A stretch of 64,000 nt of DNA from Chloroflexota bacterium (GCA_014360825.1 JACIWT010000006.1:47165-111164), one strand, 5' to 3'. Counted from the first letter of the stretch, positions 9,868-22,685 are shown. Numbers and translations: made by a program. The notes: a model not told the origin generated them from the letters alone.

Positions 9868-10617
9868 TCACTGTGACTGCTTTTTTATCTGCGCCCAATC
9901 GGCCAGGAATCGCTCTACTCCTACATCGGTAAGCGGATGCCTGATGGCCTGCATAAGCACTTTGTACGGCACGGTTGCGATATGCGCGCCAGCCAGTGCT
10001 GCCTGGGTTATGTGCAATGGGTGGCGAATGCTAGCAGCGATCACTTGCGTGTCATAACCGTAAAAATCGAGGATGTCCACGATGTCACGCACCACTTGCA
10101 TCCCATCGTGGCCCGCGTCGTCCAAACGGCCAACGAAAGGCGAGACAAACGCAGCCCCACCCAATGCAGCGAAGAGGGCCTGGTTTGGAGAGAAAACCAG
10201 CGTGGCATTGACACGGATGCCCCAGGTGGATGCCAAATCCTTCGCCTCTTCGAGCGGGGTATCGCACCTACCCAGATACTCACAGCCCTGACACAGCCGG
10301 TCTAAGTCCACCTCGCAATCCCGGACGGTCTTGAGGGCTTGTAACCCCTGTTCTGTGAGCGGGATTTTCACCACTACATGAGGTGACCATGTGGCAATCT
10401 CCCGAGCCTCAGCGATCATATCCTCGACGCTGGTGCTCGTCACTTCCGCGCTGATGCAATTCTGGACAATGTAGCAGATCTCACGGGTTACCTTCTGGTA
10501 ATCACCGCGCCCAGCGCGCATCATCAGTGAGGGGTTGGTCGTCACGCCGCTGACAATGCCCAATTTGGCAGCATCGCGAATCTCCTCGATACTTGCAGTA
10601 TCCAAAAAGATTTCCAT
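9868..10617 (-). CDS. Fructose-6-phosphate aldolase / transaldolase family protein (Fsa/TalC type) with an internal Cys-rich insertion
   Basis: MEIFLDTASIEEI...GVTTNPSL...VVVKIPLT (Schiff-base Lys)...ATLVFSPNQA...FVSPFVGRLDD...IAASIRHP. At 249 aa it is about 30 aa longer than typical members of this family. Confidence 0.85.
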   Translation of the reverse strand: MEIFLDTASIEEIRDAAKLGIVSGVTTNPSLMMRAGRGDYQKVTREICYIVQNCISAEVTSTSVEDMIAEAREIATWSPHVVVKIPLTEQGLQALKTVRDCEVDLDRLCQGCEYLGRCDTPLEEAKDLASTWGIRVNATLVFSPNQALFAALGGAAFVSPFVGRLDDAGHDGMQVVRDIVDILDFYGYDTQVIAASIRHPLHITQAALAGAHIATVPYKVLMQAIRHPLTDVGVERFLADWAQIKKQSQ

Positions 10618-10626
10618 ATTGTCCTC

Positions 10627-12261
10627 CTAGTCGGTTGCTTTCTGCAACTGAGCGCATTTTTGCGCAGCCTCGTATTGAATTGCCGCCCCCAGAAAATCGC
10701 GAAAAAGCGGGTGCGGGCGGTCAGGCCGCGATTTGAATTCGGGGTGGAATTGGCACCCCACCATCCAAGGGTGGTCCTGGATCTCTACGACCTCTACCAG
10801 TTTGTCATCAGGTGAGAGCCCGCTGAAAACCATACCCGCCTCAGCCAGCATCGAACGATAGTCGTTGTTCAGTTCAAAGCGATGGCGATGGCGTTCGTGG
10901 ACGACAGGTTGACCGTAGGCAGCAGCAGCCTTTGTTCCTGGCACCAGGTGACAGGGATAAGAGCCCAGGCGCATGGTGCCGCCCATATCGGTAACGGTCC
11001 GCTGTTCCGGCATGAGGTCAATCACCGGATAAGGTGTGGAGGGATCAAATTCGGTGCTGTTGGGCTTGTTGTTACCCACCGCATAACGCGCCAGTTCGAT
11101 AACCATCACCTGCATGCCGAGACAGAGTCCTAAGTAAGGGATACGATGTTCGCGCGCATACCGGGCAGCTGCGATCTTTCCCTCAATGCCCCGGTAGCCA
11201 AAGCCGCCGGGGACGATGATGCCTGCTACATTTTCCAATTGTGCGAATGACTTGCCTGCTTCCAGATCCTCAGCACGCACCCACTCGATTTCCACGTCCC
11301 TGTGATGATAAATCCCGGCATGGCGAACGGACTCGCGCACGCTCATATAAGCATCTAACAAATCCACGTATTTCCCGACAATGGCAACCCGAATTTTCGG
11401 CTTAGGGCTCTTGATTTCGGCCACCAACTGCCGCCAGCGAGTCAAATCGGCAACAAGGGGCAAATCTAACCGCTCCGCGATGTAACGTCCCAGCCCAGCA
11501 TCCTCGAGGATGAGCGGTACTTCGTAGATGGACTCCACAGTCAACAATGGGATCACAGCTCGCTTCTCCACATCGCAGAAAAGGGCGATTTTATCTTTGA
11601 GGTTATCGTTCACTGGATAATCCGAGCGAGCTACAATGACATCTGGCTGGATGCCGATGCTGCGTAATTGCATCACGGAATGCTGGGTGGGCTTGCTCTT
11701 GAGTTCGCCAGTGGCGGCAATGTAAGGTATCAGCGTAATGTGGATATAAAGCACGCTCTCGCGGCCGACTTCATTGCGCATCTGGCGGATGGCCTCCAAG
11801 AATGGTTGGCCTTCGATATCGCCGACGGTGCCGCCAACCTCGACGATGACCACGTCGGCGCCGCTTTCCACACTCACGCGCTTGATGCGCCGCTTGATCT
11901 CATCGGTAATGTGGGGAATGACCTGGATAGTACCGCCCAGGTAGTCGCCGCGTCGCTCCTTGGCAATCACCTCGGCATACACCTGCCCGGTAGTGACATT
12001 ACTGGCCGCAGTAAGATTCTCGTCAATGAAACGCTCATAGTGACCAAGGTCAAGGTCGGTCTCACTGCCATCGTCAAGGACAAAGACCTCACCGTGTTGA
12101 TAAGGGCTTAGAGTGCCGGGGTCTACATTTATGTATGGGTCAAGTTTCTGGATGGTGACAGAAACCCCGCGGCTCTTCATCAGGCGACCGATAGAGGCTG
12201 CTGTAACCCCCTTTCCAACTGACGATACCACCCCGCCTGTACAGAAGATGTATTTCGACAT
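10627..12261 (-). CDS. pyrG: CTP synthase
   Basis: [18 protein letters not shown]..., with a GATase domain (GLCLGMQ, HRHRFE). I place the start at ATG 12261 (GGGAGG upstream); the track ORF extends to 12303. Confidence 0.95.
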   Translation of the reverse strand: MSKYIFCTGGVVSSVGKGVTAASIGRLMKSRGVSVTIQKLDPYINVDPGTLSPYQHGEVFVLDDGSETDLDLGHYERFIDENLTAASNVTTGQVYAEVIAKERRGDYLGGTIQVIPHITDEIKRRIKRVSVESGADVVIVEVGGTVGDIEGQPFLEAIRQMRNEVGRESVLYIHITLIPYIAATGELKSKPTQHSVMQLRSIGIQPDVIVARSDYPVNDNLKDKIALFCDVEKRAVIPLLTVESIYEVPLILEDAGLGRYIAERLDLPLVADLTRWRQLVAEIKSPKPKIRVAIVGKYVDLLDAYMSVRESVRHAGIYHHRDVEIEWVRAEDLEAGKSFAQLENVAGIIVPGGFGYRGIEGKIAAARYAREHRIPYLGLCLGMQVMVIELARYAVGNNKPNSTEFDPSTPYPVIDLMPEQRTVTDMGGTMRLGSYPCHLVPGTKAAAAYGQPVVHERHRHRFELNNDYRSMLAEAGMVFSGLSPDDKLVEVVEIQDHPWMVGCQFHPEFKSRPDRPHPLFRDFLGAAIQYEAAQKCAQLQKATD

Positions 12262-12299
12262 ACCCAGCGCCTCCCTCGCCCATGTTCCAAAAAGAACCG

Positions 12300-12896
12300 T
12301 CATGTCCGGATAAGCGGGATGCCGCGCCCGGCTTGAAATGCTTTTGTATTGATCTCAAGGAGTTTACGCGGGACATGTTGCTGGATGGCAGTTACCCACG
12401 TATCTTCCGGGATGTCTAATAGGGTGGAAAGTGTGCCTAACATCACGACATTGAGTACCCGAGCATTGCCCAGTTCTTCAGCAACAGCAATAGCGGGTAC
12501 CACGTGGACGTTGGATGAAACCTGGTGTAGGATGTGTAGCAAGCGGTCATCATCAGGGTATATCTCATCGCCTATGTTTACGGAAAGCGGCGGGATGCGT
12601 TGATCGTTCACGATAATAACTCCACAACCGGGGCGAACTGTTTCGACATATCGTATTGCTTCCAGTTTCTCAAAGGCGAGGAGAAAATCCACCTCGCCAC
12701 AGCCAATAATGGGAGAATACACCTTTTGACCCCAGCGCACATGACTGGTCACACTGCCCCCCCGTTGGGCCATGCCATGTACCTCAGATTTTTTGACATC
12801 ATAGCCAGCCAATAGACCCACTGAGGCCAGAACATCGCTCGCCAAAATCGTCCCCTGACCACCTACACCGGTTACCAAAATGTTAATGCTTTCCAT
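12300..12896 (-). CDS. iorB: Indolepyruvate:ferredoxin oxidoreductase, beta subunit
   Basis: [24 protein letters not shown]...[13 protein letters not shown]. It lies immediately downstream of iorA. Confidence 0.85.
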   Translation of the reverse strand: MESINILVTGVGGQGTILASDVLASVGLLAGYDVKKSEVHGMAQRGGSVTSHVRWGQKVYSPIIGCGEVDFLLAFEKLEAIRYVETVRPGCGVIIVNDQRIPPLSVNIGDEIYPDDDRLLHILHQVSSNVHVVPAIAVAEELGNARVLNVVMLGTLSTLLDIPEDTWVTAIQQHVPRKLLEINTKAFQAGRGIPLIRT

Positions 12897-12923
12897 TACA
12901 TCGCTCCTCGGCTCACCGCGTGT

Positions 12924-14732
12924 TTATGACTTGCCCGACGATTCCACTACTTGGTGACGGAACAAGATGGCTTTGCGGGCGCAAACCTGGGCACAGATCT
13001 CACAGCCAGTGCAAAGCAGACGGTCGATTTGTGCTTTGGCCCTCCCGGTTTTTTCATCTACTTCTCCGCTTTGTAAAATGGCTGGGCAGCCCACTTTGAA
13101 ACATAGCCCACATCCATTGCAAATCTCAGGGTCCACTTGCAACGGTATCCATTGTTTCCGTGCTTCGGGCAGGAGCGCGCATTCGCGCCTGGCAATAATC
13201 ACCGCAGGTTCGTTTGAATCCAGGCAATCGCGCAACGCAGATTCAACCTGTTTGAGGTTATAGGAGTCTACTACATGCACTCTCTGGATCCCCATACTAC
13301 GGACCAGTGGTTCGAATTCTATCGCCACCGTCTTTTGCTTTTGCAGGGTTATGCCGGTGGCAGGGTTTTCTTGATGGCCAGTCATAGCCGTGGTGCGATT
13401 GTCTAGAATGATAGTGATGGTGTTGCTCTGGTTGTAGGCCACATTGAGTAACGCAGGCATACCAGTGTGGAAGAAAGTGGAATCGCCCAGCACGGCCACG
13501 TGTCGTTGCTGGATGCCTGCCTTCGCCACGCCATGGGCCTGGCCGATGCTCGCGCCCATACAGCCACAGGTATGCAGCGCAGCCTGTGGGGGAAGGAACC
13601 CCAGGGTGTAGCAACCAATATCGCCATTCACTACTAGCTTGAGTTTGCTAGTGACAACAAACACTCCACGGTGAGGGCACCCAGGGCAGAGAATAGGCGG
13701 GCGACCGGGTAGCGGCCCTTTGTCCGGCATCGCTGTTGGAATACGAGTCGACTCCGGGAGGAGGCCGGCTTTAATAGCCGAGTCTCGCACCACCTCCGGG
13801 CTAAACTCCCCGCAGATGGGAAAAATGCTCTTACCCTCTACAGGAATACCCAATAGACGAATGCTTTCTTCTAGGAAGGGATCGAGTTCTTCCACAACAA
13901 TTAGCCGCTTCACTCTCGAAGCGAAGTCACGTACCAACTGGGACGGGATAGGATAGGTCATGCCCAATCGTAAGATCGAGGCGGTTGGGAAGACTTCACG
14001 CGTATACTGGTAGCCAACACCGTTGGTAACGATACCCAGCGCGGTGTCACCCATCTCTACGCGATTATAGGGGAAAGTTTCAGCGAATTCCGTTAGTCTT
14101 GCGATTCGCTGCTCTATAACATGATGACGACGCCGAGCATTGCCCGGGACCATCACATATTTGGCCGTATCGATCCGATAGTAAGGCGGGCCCGCCCACC
14201 TGTCCTGACGCTCGCCTTTTATCTCCACTGGCGCACTGGAATGGGCCAGGCGGGTTGTGATACGCAGAAGCACTGGCGTGTCAAAACGCTCGCTGATCTC
14301 AAATGCTGCCGCAACCAGATCTTTTGCTTCTTGACTGTCCGACGGCTCAATACATGGCACGCGGGCAAACTTGGCGTAGTGGCGGTTGTCCTGCTCATTC
14401 TGAGAACTGTGCATAAATGGGTCGTCGGCAGAGACAATTACCAAACCAGCCTCAGAACCCGTCATCGAAGCATAAAACAGGGCGTCGGCAGCGACATTAA
14501 GCCCGACGTGCTTCATCACAGCCATCGCCCGGCTACCGGCATAGGATGCTCCAATGGCTACGTCCAATGCAACCTTTTCGTTGGGAGCCCACTCTGCATA
14601 GACACCAGGCATTGGGGCCAGGGTCTCCAAGATTTCGGTGCTCGGCGTTCCTGGATAGGCCGAAGCCACCCGTACGCCGGCCTCCCACGCACCCCAGGCA
14701 ATAGCCTCATTTCCAGAAAGAAGCCGCTTCAC
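12924..14732 (-). CDS. iorA: Indolepyruvate:ferredoxin oxidoreductase, alpha subunit
   Basis: LSGNEAIAWGAWEAGV...YPGTPSTEI, a TPP site CPGCPHRG, and two ferredoxin motifs (CNGCGLCFKVGCP and CTGCEICAQVC). The GTG start overlaps the stop of the upstream gene (GTGA). Confidence 0.9.
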   Translation of the reverse strand: MKRLLSGNEAIAWGAWEAGVRVASAYPGTPSTEILETLAPMPGVYAEWAPNEKVALDVAIGASYAGSRAMAVMKHVGLNVAADALFYASMTGSEAGLVIVSADDPFMHSSQNEQDNRHYAKFARVPCIEPSDSQEAKDLVAAAFEISERFDTPVLLRITTRLAHSSAPVEIKGERQDRWAGPPYYRIDTAKYVMVPGNARRRHHVIEQRIARLTEFAETFPYNRVEMGDTALGIVTNGVGYQYTREVFPTASILRLGMTYPIPSQLVRDFASRVKRLIVVEELDPFLEESIRLLGIPVEGKSIFPICGEFSPEVVRDSAIKAGLLPESTRIPTAMPDKGPLPGRPPILCPGCPHRGVFVVTSKLKLVVNGDIGCYTLGFLPPQAALHTCGCMGASIGQAHGVAKAGIQQRHVAVLGDSTFFHTGMPALLNVAYNQSNTITIILDNRTTAMTGHQENPATGITLQKQKTVAIEFEPLVRSMGIQRVHVVDSYNLKQVESALRDCLDSNEPAVIIARRECALLPEARKQWIPLQVDPEICNGCGLCFKVGCPAILQSGEVDEKTGRAKAQIDRLLCTGCEICAQVCARKAILFRHQVVESSGKS

Positions 14733-15742
14733 TTTCTAACCTCCGCTGCTGGTGGGCAAATGAGTCCTTTGCGGATTTGCAAATGTGCCCCGTTTTCCAT
14801 CGCTCTCAAAACTCCCATTTGCTGAAGAGCCTCAGCCACGTGCTCAGCGACCACGCGTTCACCTTCGGCCGTGAGATGTACACCATCATCCTGAAGTAAC
14901 GATGCTATTCTCTCAGGACTCAAAGCACCAAACGCTGAGGCCAAGTCGATTAAATGTGTACCTTCCTGAGCAGCAATGTGGCGGATAACCTCATTGTATT
15001 TCTCGTAAATTTCTTGTTGCCAAGCATAACTCGCTGGGTCCAACTCGCGGCCGGAACGCTCATCCACGGGCGTCGTCGTCAAAAGACAGATAACTGCACC
15101 CGATCGGCGTCGAATGCGTCGCACTAACTCTCGCTGCGCCGTGGTAAAGCCCTCTTGTGATACACGAGGGCCAAAAGTCGATGACCAAGCAGCGAGCGGC
15201 ACATATCCCCACTGACGTAAAAGTCGGCGCACCCTCACCATCAACGTTAGATAAAGATGGCAATGTTTTCTCAGGATGTCGTCCAAGCGACCTAGCAAGG
15301 TCATCCTCTGGAACATAGCCCGCTCACGGATGCGATCCAGTGGCCAATCGCCAAGTTTGCCGTCGTTGAGGCCAAAGGCCAGCAGCACCATATGGGGCTT
15401 GTAGCGAAGCACTGCGGCATCAAGCCAATCTAATGCTAATACGGAGGTACAGCCTCTTATTCCAGAATTGATTACTGCGATGCTGGTGGCCGGATTTTGC
15501 CTATTTAGCAAATCGGAAAGAATGTGAGGGTAACTCTGATTGTAGAGCAGATCTTCTCCATGCGCGATGGAATCGCCGAAGACCACGATGCGGTATTTAT
15601 TTACTAAGCGTGTTCTATCCAACGCCCGGGTTTTGCTTCGGAGTGCTTGGTAGCAGGTTGGAGCCAGTGTCTGCCTGTGCCGGATGCGCAAAGCAAATTC
15701 GATCAAGAGCAAGAGAGCGATTATGGCTAATAAAGCGGTCAC
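14729..15742 (-). CDS. SGNH/GDSL-family hydrolase with an N-terminal membrane anchor
   Basis: N-terminal TM segment (ALLAIIALLLLIEFAL), block I VVFGDSIAHGE, block III FGLNDG, and a C-terminal DGVHLT (DxxH). Confidence 0.7.
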   Translation of the reverse strand: MTALLAIIALLLLIEFALRIRHRQTLAPTCYQALRSKTRALDRTRLVNKYRIVVFGDSIAHGEDLLYNQSYPHILSDLLNRQNPATSIAVINSGIRGCTSVLALDWLDAAVLRYKPHMVLLAFGLNDGKLGDWPLDRIRERAMFQRMTLLGRLDDILRKHCHLYLTLMVRVRRLLRQWGYVPLAAWSSTFGPRVSQEGFTTAQRELVRRIRRRSGAVICLLTTTPVDERSGRELDPASYAWQQEIYEKYNEVIRHIAAQEGTHLIDLASAFGALSPERIASLLQDDGVHLTAEGERVVAEHVAEALQQMGVLRAMENGAHLQIRKGLICPPAAEVRK

Positions 15743-15795
15743 ATCTCCTCTCCCGTAATTTAAATTCTACCCCAAATTGACGGCTGGGGCAAAGA

Positions 15796-15825
15796 TTGCG
15801 TCTGGATGGAGACCCCTGATATAAT
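15796..15825 (+). promoter_or_regulatory. Putative sigma-70-type promoter (TTGCGT-18 nt-TATAAT)
   Basis: TTGCGT at 15796-15801 and TATAAT at 15820-15825, about 30 nt upstream of the ATG at 15855. Confidence 0.4.
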
Positions 15826-15854
15826 ATCATCACAATAAACTCGGTGGAGGTAAC

Positions 15855-16571
15855 ATGAGACCCCTCATCGGCATCACTTGTTCCTCGGATCAACAAACCA
15901 GTCGTTTCAGTCTCGCCAGAAACTACATCGCCGCCGTCGAGATAGCAGGAGGCGCGCCAATCATCATCCCTTATCCTAGCGATCCCGTGATCCTACATGA
16001 CGTGCATGAGAAATTGGATGGGCTGCTCCTCTCAGGTGGTGGTGATGTGGCCCCTCATCGTTATGGCACAACGGATTCAGGGCACCTAATCGAAGTGGAC
16101 GAGCAACGTGACGAGGCGGAATGGCAATTGGCCCGCTGGGCGCTTGAGGATAATCGTCCTCTTCTCGCGATCTGTCGGGGGATTCAAGTTTTGAATGTAG
16201 CACTTGGTGGAACACTCTACCAAGACCTGTCGGTGGAGTACCCAGGTGCACTACAACACCGTTGCGCACCGCATTGTCCTCGGGATCACACCGCTCACAC
16301 TGTCAGTGTAGTACAAGGTACCCTGACCGCGCGACTCTTGGGCGTGAAACCTGACCAAGTCGTGCCAGTCAACAGTTTTCACCACCAGTCCGTCAAAGAT
16401 GTTGCCACTGGGCTGATCGTCACCGCACGGGCACCTGATGGGGTAGTGGAAGGTCTCGAATCTCCTGCCCATCGCTTTGTGATAGGAGTGCAATGGCACC
16501 CTGAGGAAATGCTCAGCCAAGCGGCTATGCGACGACTTTTCATTGGTTTCGTGGAGGCCTGCAGAACGTAG
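15855..16571 (+). CDS. Class-I glutamine amidotransferase, peptidase C26 / gamma-glutamyl-GABA hydrolase family
   Basis: LLSGGGDV...LLAICRGIQVLNVALGGTLYQD...NSFHHQSV...GVQWHPE. Confidence 0.8.
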   Translation: MRPLIGITCSSDQQTSRFSLARNYIAAVEIAGGAPIIIPYPSDPVILHDVHEKLDGLLLSGGGDVAPHRYGTTDSGHLIEVDEQRDEAEWQLARWALEDNRPLLAICRGIQVLNVALGGTLYQDLSVEYPGALQHRCAPHCPRDHTAHTVSVVQGTLTARLLGVKPDQVVPVNSFHHQSVKDVATGLIVTARAPDGVVEGLESPAHRFVIGVQWHPEEMLSQAAMRRLFIGFVEACRT

Positions 16572-16652
16572 GGACACCGGAATAGGGATTGGGCCACCAC
16601 TGAATCAATTGCCTTGCAAAGAACCACGGTTTTCAGGAAAGTAGCAGGTGTT

Positions 16653-16690
16653 TTGGGATAATTGGGATAATGTTTGGGATATTTGGGAAA
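16653..16690. repeat. Four phased copies of TTGGGATA(A/T) in a convergent intergenic region
   Basis: TTGGGATA at 16653, 16662 and 16674, and TTGGGAAA at 16683 (spacings 9, 12 and 9 nt). Confidence 0.6.
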
Positions 16691-16708
16691 TGAGCGCCTG
16701 AAATAGGG

Positions 16709-18091
16709 TCACTTAAGGATGTAATACGTGCCCTTTTTGGCTCCGATACGGAGGAGAATGCCCCGGTGTACCATATCGGCCAGATCGAGCCGCAATGTCT
16801 CCGGGGTCACGTGAGGACACAACTCTTGGTAGTCTCGGCTGGCGATATGTCCGTGCTCGCGTACATAGGCGAGGGCCCGAAGTTGGCGTTCGTTTAGTTC
16901 CTGTACCCACTTCGCCTCAGGTGCCTGACGTGTGTTGTGGAGAGTAACGATAAAAGTATGAGGACGTGCCTCGAACGCAGGTGGTGGAAGCCCTGCAGCC
17001 AGCATCTCTTCATACATGCGATCAATACCCAGTCCCAATTCCTCGATGTAGCCCCAGTAGAACAGGCCGCGCACGATCCTGGGGTTGCGCGAGAAATGCT
17101 CTTCCATGATGTTCTCCAAGGTGATGTGCCCAGCCAACCCCCCGGGGCTAATGATCTCCAGCCGATCGTCGAACATGCGCACCTCGATACGCCGGCCTTG
17201 GAGTCTGTAATCGCGGTGAGCGACAGCATTGACCAGCGCCTCGCGAACGGCAAAGATAGGATATTCCGGCCTTTCCTCACGGGCTAACCCAGAGATGACG
17301 GTCTCGTGTCGCATTTCCTCCCACAGTACGTTCCAAGTTTCTTCGAGCAGTCGAGGCAATGGACCATGGAGATCCTCGCGACGCGAATAGACAGGTGGAT
17401 TGGCTCGCGTGTGGCCCTCGCCATCACCAAAGTGCACAAAAACCACCCCGCTCTGACTTAAGAAGTGCTCTGGGTATTTGCCGAAGAGCAGCACTCCGGC
17501 CACTGTGGGGACACCATTTCGATCAATGGCGCCAGCGTCTACTAGCAGTGCTTCTTCGGACCATTTCTTCATATGGCGGCCACGCTGGCGACGATGCTCA
17601 ATGTAATCGGCAACGACTTCGTCATCAAAGTCATCCTGCGTGGCATTCTCAACAGTCCGCTCTTCGAAATTGCCTACACCACGCGTCGTGGCGAGCCTGC
17701 GGACATTTTCCTCTACCAAGGTGCGGTTGTGCTGGCCAGAGCGGATAAGCACACGGCCGTCAGTCAGGGCATGCACCTCCGAACTGCGTGCTACGGTCAC
17801 CACAGCGATAGTGCCACCCTCAAAATCTACCGTTGACCACTCGACCGGCACCAGCGGTTTACATTGTGCCTGGGCGCGCATCAAGAGGGGTTCAACGTCC
17901 TCAGCCACTTCCTCTTCCACTACCCGTCCCTTTGAATCGAGGCCCAAGAGCAGCGTGCCGCCGTCAGCATTTGCAAATGCCACTAGCAACTCTGCCAATT
18001 TGTTCGCCCGAGGACGGGGCACGAACTCAAGCAACTGTCCCGGTCCCCTCTCGAGCAAGGATCGCAACTCAATTGCTCTCATGGGAATCAT
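16709..18091 (-). CDS. AlbA_2 (Schlafen-like) DNA-binding domain / HATPase_c_4 / wHTH protein (COG2865-type putative regulator)
   Basis: N-terminus: LLEFVPRP...ELLVAFANADGGTLLLGLD (AlbA_2). Centre: REALVNAVAHRDY...IEVRMFDDRLEIISPGGL (RecG-C/HATPase_c_4-like). C-terminus: winged HTH. It starts 5 nt after the gyrA stop (alternative ATG at 18082). Confidence 0.7.
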   Translation of the reverse strand: MIPMRAIELRSLLERGPGQLLEFVPRPRANKLAELLVAFANADGGTLLLGLDSKGRVVEEEVAEDVEPLLMRAQAQCKPLVPVEWSTVDFEGGTIAVVTVARSSEVHALTDGRVLIRSGQHNRTLVEENVRRLATTRGVGNFEERTVENATQDDFDDEVVADYIEHRRQRGRHMKKWSEEALLVDAGAIDRNGVPTVAGVLLFGKYPEHFLSQSGVVFVHFGDGEGHTRANPPVYSRREDLHGPLPRLLEETWNVLWEEMRHETVISGLAREERPEYPIFAVREALVNAVAHRDYRLQGRRIEVRMFDDRLEIISPGGLAGHITLENIMEEHFSRNPRIVRGLFYWGYIEELGLGIDRMYEEMLAAGLPPPAFEARPHTFIVTLHNTRQAPEAKWVQELNERQLRALAYVREHGHIASRDYQELCPHVTPETLRLDLADMVHRGILLRIGAKKGTYYILK

Positions 18092-18096
18092 TAAGT

Positions 18097-20694
18097 CTAT
18101 TCGGTGTCGTCAATGTTGCGCGGCAATTGTTTTTCGCGCCCCTCAAGCGAATCGTCGTGATTCTCCGCAGCGGCGCGTAATGCGACAGAACCTTTTTTCC
18201 CTGTCTTGCCACGAGCACGCGACGAGGATCGCTCATCCGCTGGCAGTTCCCCTGGCGTCTTATCAGCCTCTGCATTACCTAGTTTGGCAATCGAAACCGC
18301 CGTGTCGTTACCCTTGAGTTTCATGACGATGTTGCCCCGGCTAGCGCGGCTCGCACGCGGGAAATCCTTCACCAGACAGCGCAACACCACGCCTTGCGCA
18401 GATATGATCATTACTTCGCCATCGGGATCTACAACGCGGGCAGCAGTGACGGGTCCCGTCTTCTCCAGATATTTGGAAGCGAGAGTGACAACGCCGCGGC
18501 CATTGCGACCTTGCTTTGGGTATTCTTTCAAAGGAGTTCGCTTGCCATAGCCTTTGGCAGTGATCAACAATAACTCACCCTCGGGTCGGATCACGTCCAT
18601 GCTCGTAACAGAATCGCCTTCACCCAGGGTGATGGCTCCCACCCCGCCTGCGGCCCGGCCCATGGGCCGCACTTCCTCTTCGCTGAAGCGAATAGCCTGG
18701 CCACGCTCCGTGACAAGAACGATCTCCTGGTCGCCGTGGGTCAAGCTCACCCAACCCAACTCATCGCCTTCACTCAGGCTAATAGCAGCAATGCCGCTGG
18801 GACGGACAGCAGAAAACTCGCTGATGACCGTGCGTTTAATGCGCCCCTGTCGGGTAACCATAGTTAAGTACTCAGCCTGTTCAAAGTCCGGTACAGCAAC
18901 GGCCGCTGTTACTTTTTCACCGGATTCCAGAGCCACAATATTGGAAACGGGTATGCCTCTATCCTGGCGTGCAATATCTGGTATCTGATGTGCCTTTTCC
19001 TGGAAAACCCGGCCTTTGTCAGTGAAAAAGAGGATGCTATCCAGGGTATTGGCGGCAAACAGATATTGCACAGCATCCGTGTCGCGGGTAATGATAGCAC
19101 GAGCACTACGACCCCGGCGACCGTAAGCATCGGCAGCCATACGTTTGATGTAGCCGTGCTGGGTGATCGCAATCAGCACATCTTCCTTGGGCACCAAATC
19201 TTGTGGGGTGAAGGTTACTTCTTCCTCAGCCACCCGAGTGCGACGGGTATCACCGTACTTGGTTTTGAGTTCTTGCATCTCCGCCTTAATAAGTTCCAGT
19301 ATTTTTGTAGGCGAGCGCAAGAGAGCCTGGAGATCACGGATGCGTTGCGTAACCTCTCTGTATTCCTCCTCGATCTTGCGGCGTTCCAGTCCAGCCAAAC
19401 GGCGGAGTTGCATATCCAGAATCGCGCGTGCCTGTATCTCAGTCAGTTTGAATTTGCGGCGCAGGTTATCTAAAGCAGTCTCAGCGGTCCGAGAGGCGCG
19501 GATGGTGCTAATGACCTCGTCCAAGTGATCGAGGGCGATCTTAAGGCCCTCGAGAATATGAGCGCGCTGCTTGGCTCTCTCCAGTTCGAACTCACTGCGA
19601 CGGGTGATCACCTCGCGGCGATGTTCAATAAACAATTGGAGGGCTCGGCGGAGAGAAAGCATCCGCGGTTCACCATCCACCAGGGCAAGCATGTTCACGC
19701 CAAAGGTGGTTTGCATCTGGGTGTACTTAAGGAGTTGGTTGAGCGTAGTGCGAGGTTCAGCGCCACGCTTCAATTCGATGACCACGCGGGTGCCTTGCCG
19801 ATCGGACTCGTCTCGCAAATCGGAGATGGTCTCGATGCGATGGTTGCGCACCAAGTCAGCGATACGCTCCACCAAGTTAGCCTTGTTGACCTGGTAAGGA
19901 ATCTCAGTAACAATGATGCGATAGCGACCGCCCGCTATTTCCTCGATGTGGGCCTTTGCCCGAATGACAATGCGGCCTTTGCCAGTAGCATAAGCGCTAC
20001 GTATACCCTCTAAGCCCATAATGCTGCCGCCGGTGGGGAAATCAGGCCCCTTGATGAATCTCATCAGTTCATCTACGGTCACATCGTCGATTTTGCGGTA
20101 ATGGTCAATCAAGTAAGCAATAGCATCGCACACTTCGCCAAGATTGTGGGGCGGGATATTGGTTGCCATGCCGACAGCGATCCCTGCCGTGCCGTTGACG
20201 AGCAAGTTAGGGAGCCTAGTGGGCAGGACCAAGGGTTCTTGGAGCGAACCATCGAAGTTACTAGTGAAATCCACTGTCTCTTTATCAATGTCGGCCAGCA
20301 TTTCTTCGGCCAGGGCTGTCAGACGGGCCTCGGTGTAACGCATCGCCGCTGCATTATCACCATCCACTGAACCGAAGTTGCCCTGGCCATCCACCAATAC
20401 GTAGCGCATGGAGAAATCCTGGGCCAGGCGCACCATGGCGTCGTATACCGCGGCATCCCCATGAGGGTGATATTTACCCAGTACCTCACCGACAATACGA
20501 GCACTTTTCTTGTAGGGCTTGTCATGCTGGAGACCCATGTCGTTCATCGCGTATAGAATACGCCGCTGCACAGGCTTCAGGCCATCACGCACATCTGGAA
20601 GGGCGCGGGCCGTGATCACGCTCATGGCGTAATCCAAGTACGCGGTTCTCATTTTGTCTTCGATGTCAATGAATTTGACAGTGCCGATTTCCAT
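18097..20694 (-). CDS. gyrA: DNA gyrase subunit A
   Basis: [20 protein letters not shown]...GKYHPHGD...[10 protein letters not shown] (catalytic Tyr), then C-terminal beta-pinwheel repeats and a roughly 60-aa charged tail. Confidence 0.97.
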   Translation of the reverse strand: MEIGTVKFIDIEDKMRTAYLDYAMSVITARALPDVRDGLKPVQRRILYAMNDMGLQHDKPYKKSARIVGEVLGKYHPHGDAAVYDAMVRLAQDFSMRYVLVDGQGNFGSVDGDNAAAMRYTEARLTALAEEMLADIDKETVDFTSNFDGSLQEPLVLPTRLPNLLVNGTAGIAVGMATNIPPHNLGEVCDAIAYLIDHYRKIDDVTVDELMRFIKGPDFPTGGSIMGLEGIRSAYATGKGRIVIRAKAHIEEIAGGRYRIIVTEIPYQVNKANLVERIADLVRNHRIETISDLRDESDRQGTRVVIELKRGAEPRTTLNQLLKYTQMQTTFGVNMLALVDGEPRMLSLRRALQLFIEHRREVITRRSEFELERAKQRAHILEGLKIALDHLDEVISTIRASRTAETALDNLRRKFKLTEIQARAILDMQLRRLAGLERRKIEEEYREVTQRIRDLQALLRSPTKILELIKAEMQELKTKYGDTRRTRVAEEEVTFTPQDLVPKEDVLIAITQHGYIKRMAADAYGRRGRSARAIITRDTDAVQYLFAANTLDSILFFTDKGRVFQEKAHQIPDIARQDRGIPVSNIVALESGEKVTAAVAVPDFEQAEYLTMVTRQGRIKRTVISEFSAVRPSGIAAISLSEGDELGWVSLTHGDQEIVLVTERGQAIRFSEEEVRPMGRAAGGVGAITLGEGDSVTSMDVIRPEGELLLITAKGYGKRTPLKEYPKQGRNGRGVVTLASKYLEKTGPVTAARVVDPDGEVMIISAQGVVLRCLVKDFPRASRASRGNIVMKLKGNDTAVSIAKLGNAEADKTPGELPADERSSSRARGKTGKKGSVALRAAAENHDDSLEGREKQLPRNIDDTE

Positions 20695-20774
20695 ACCTTC
20701 CTCGTACCCTCTTGTGTTTACTTAATCAGATGGAACGCGTGCGCTTGCCTTAGGAGACTGCCGGAGAGGCTATC

Positions 20775-22685
<1,911 letters not shown>

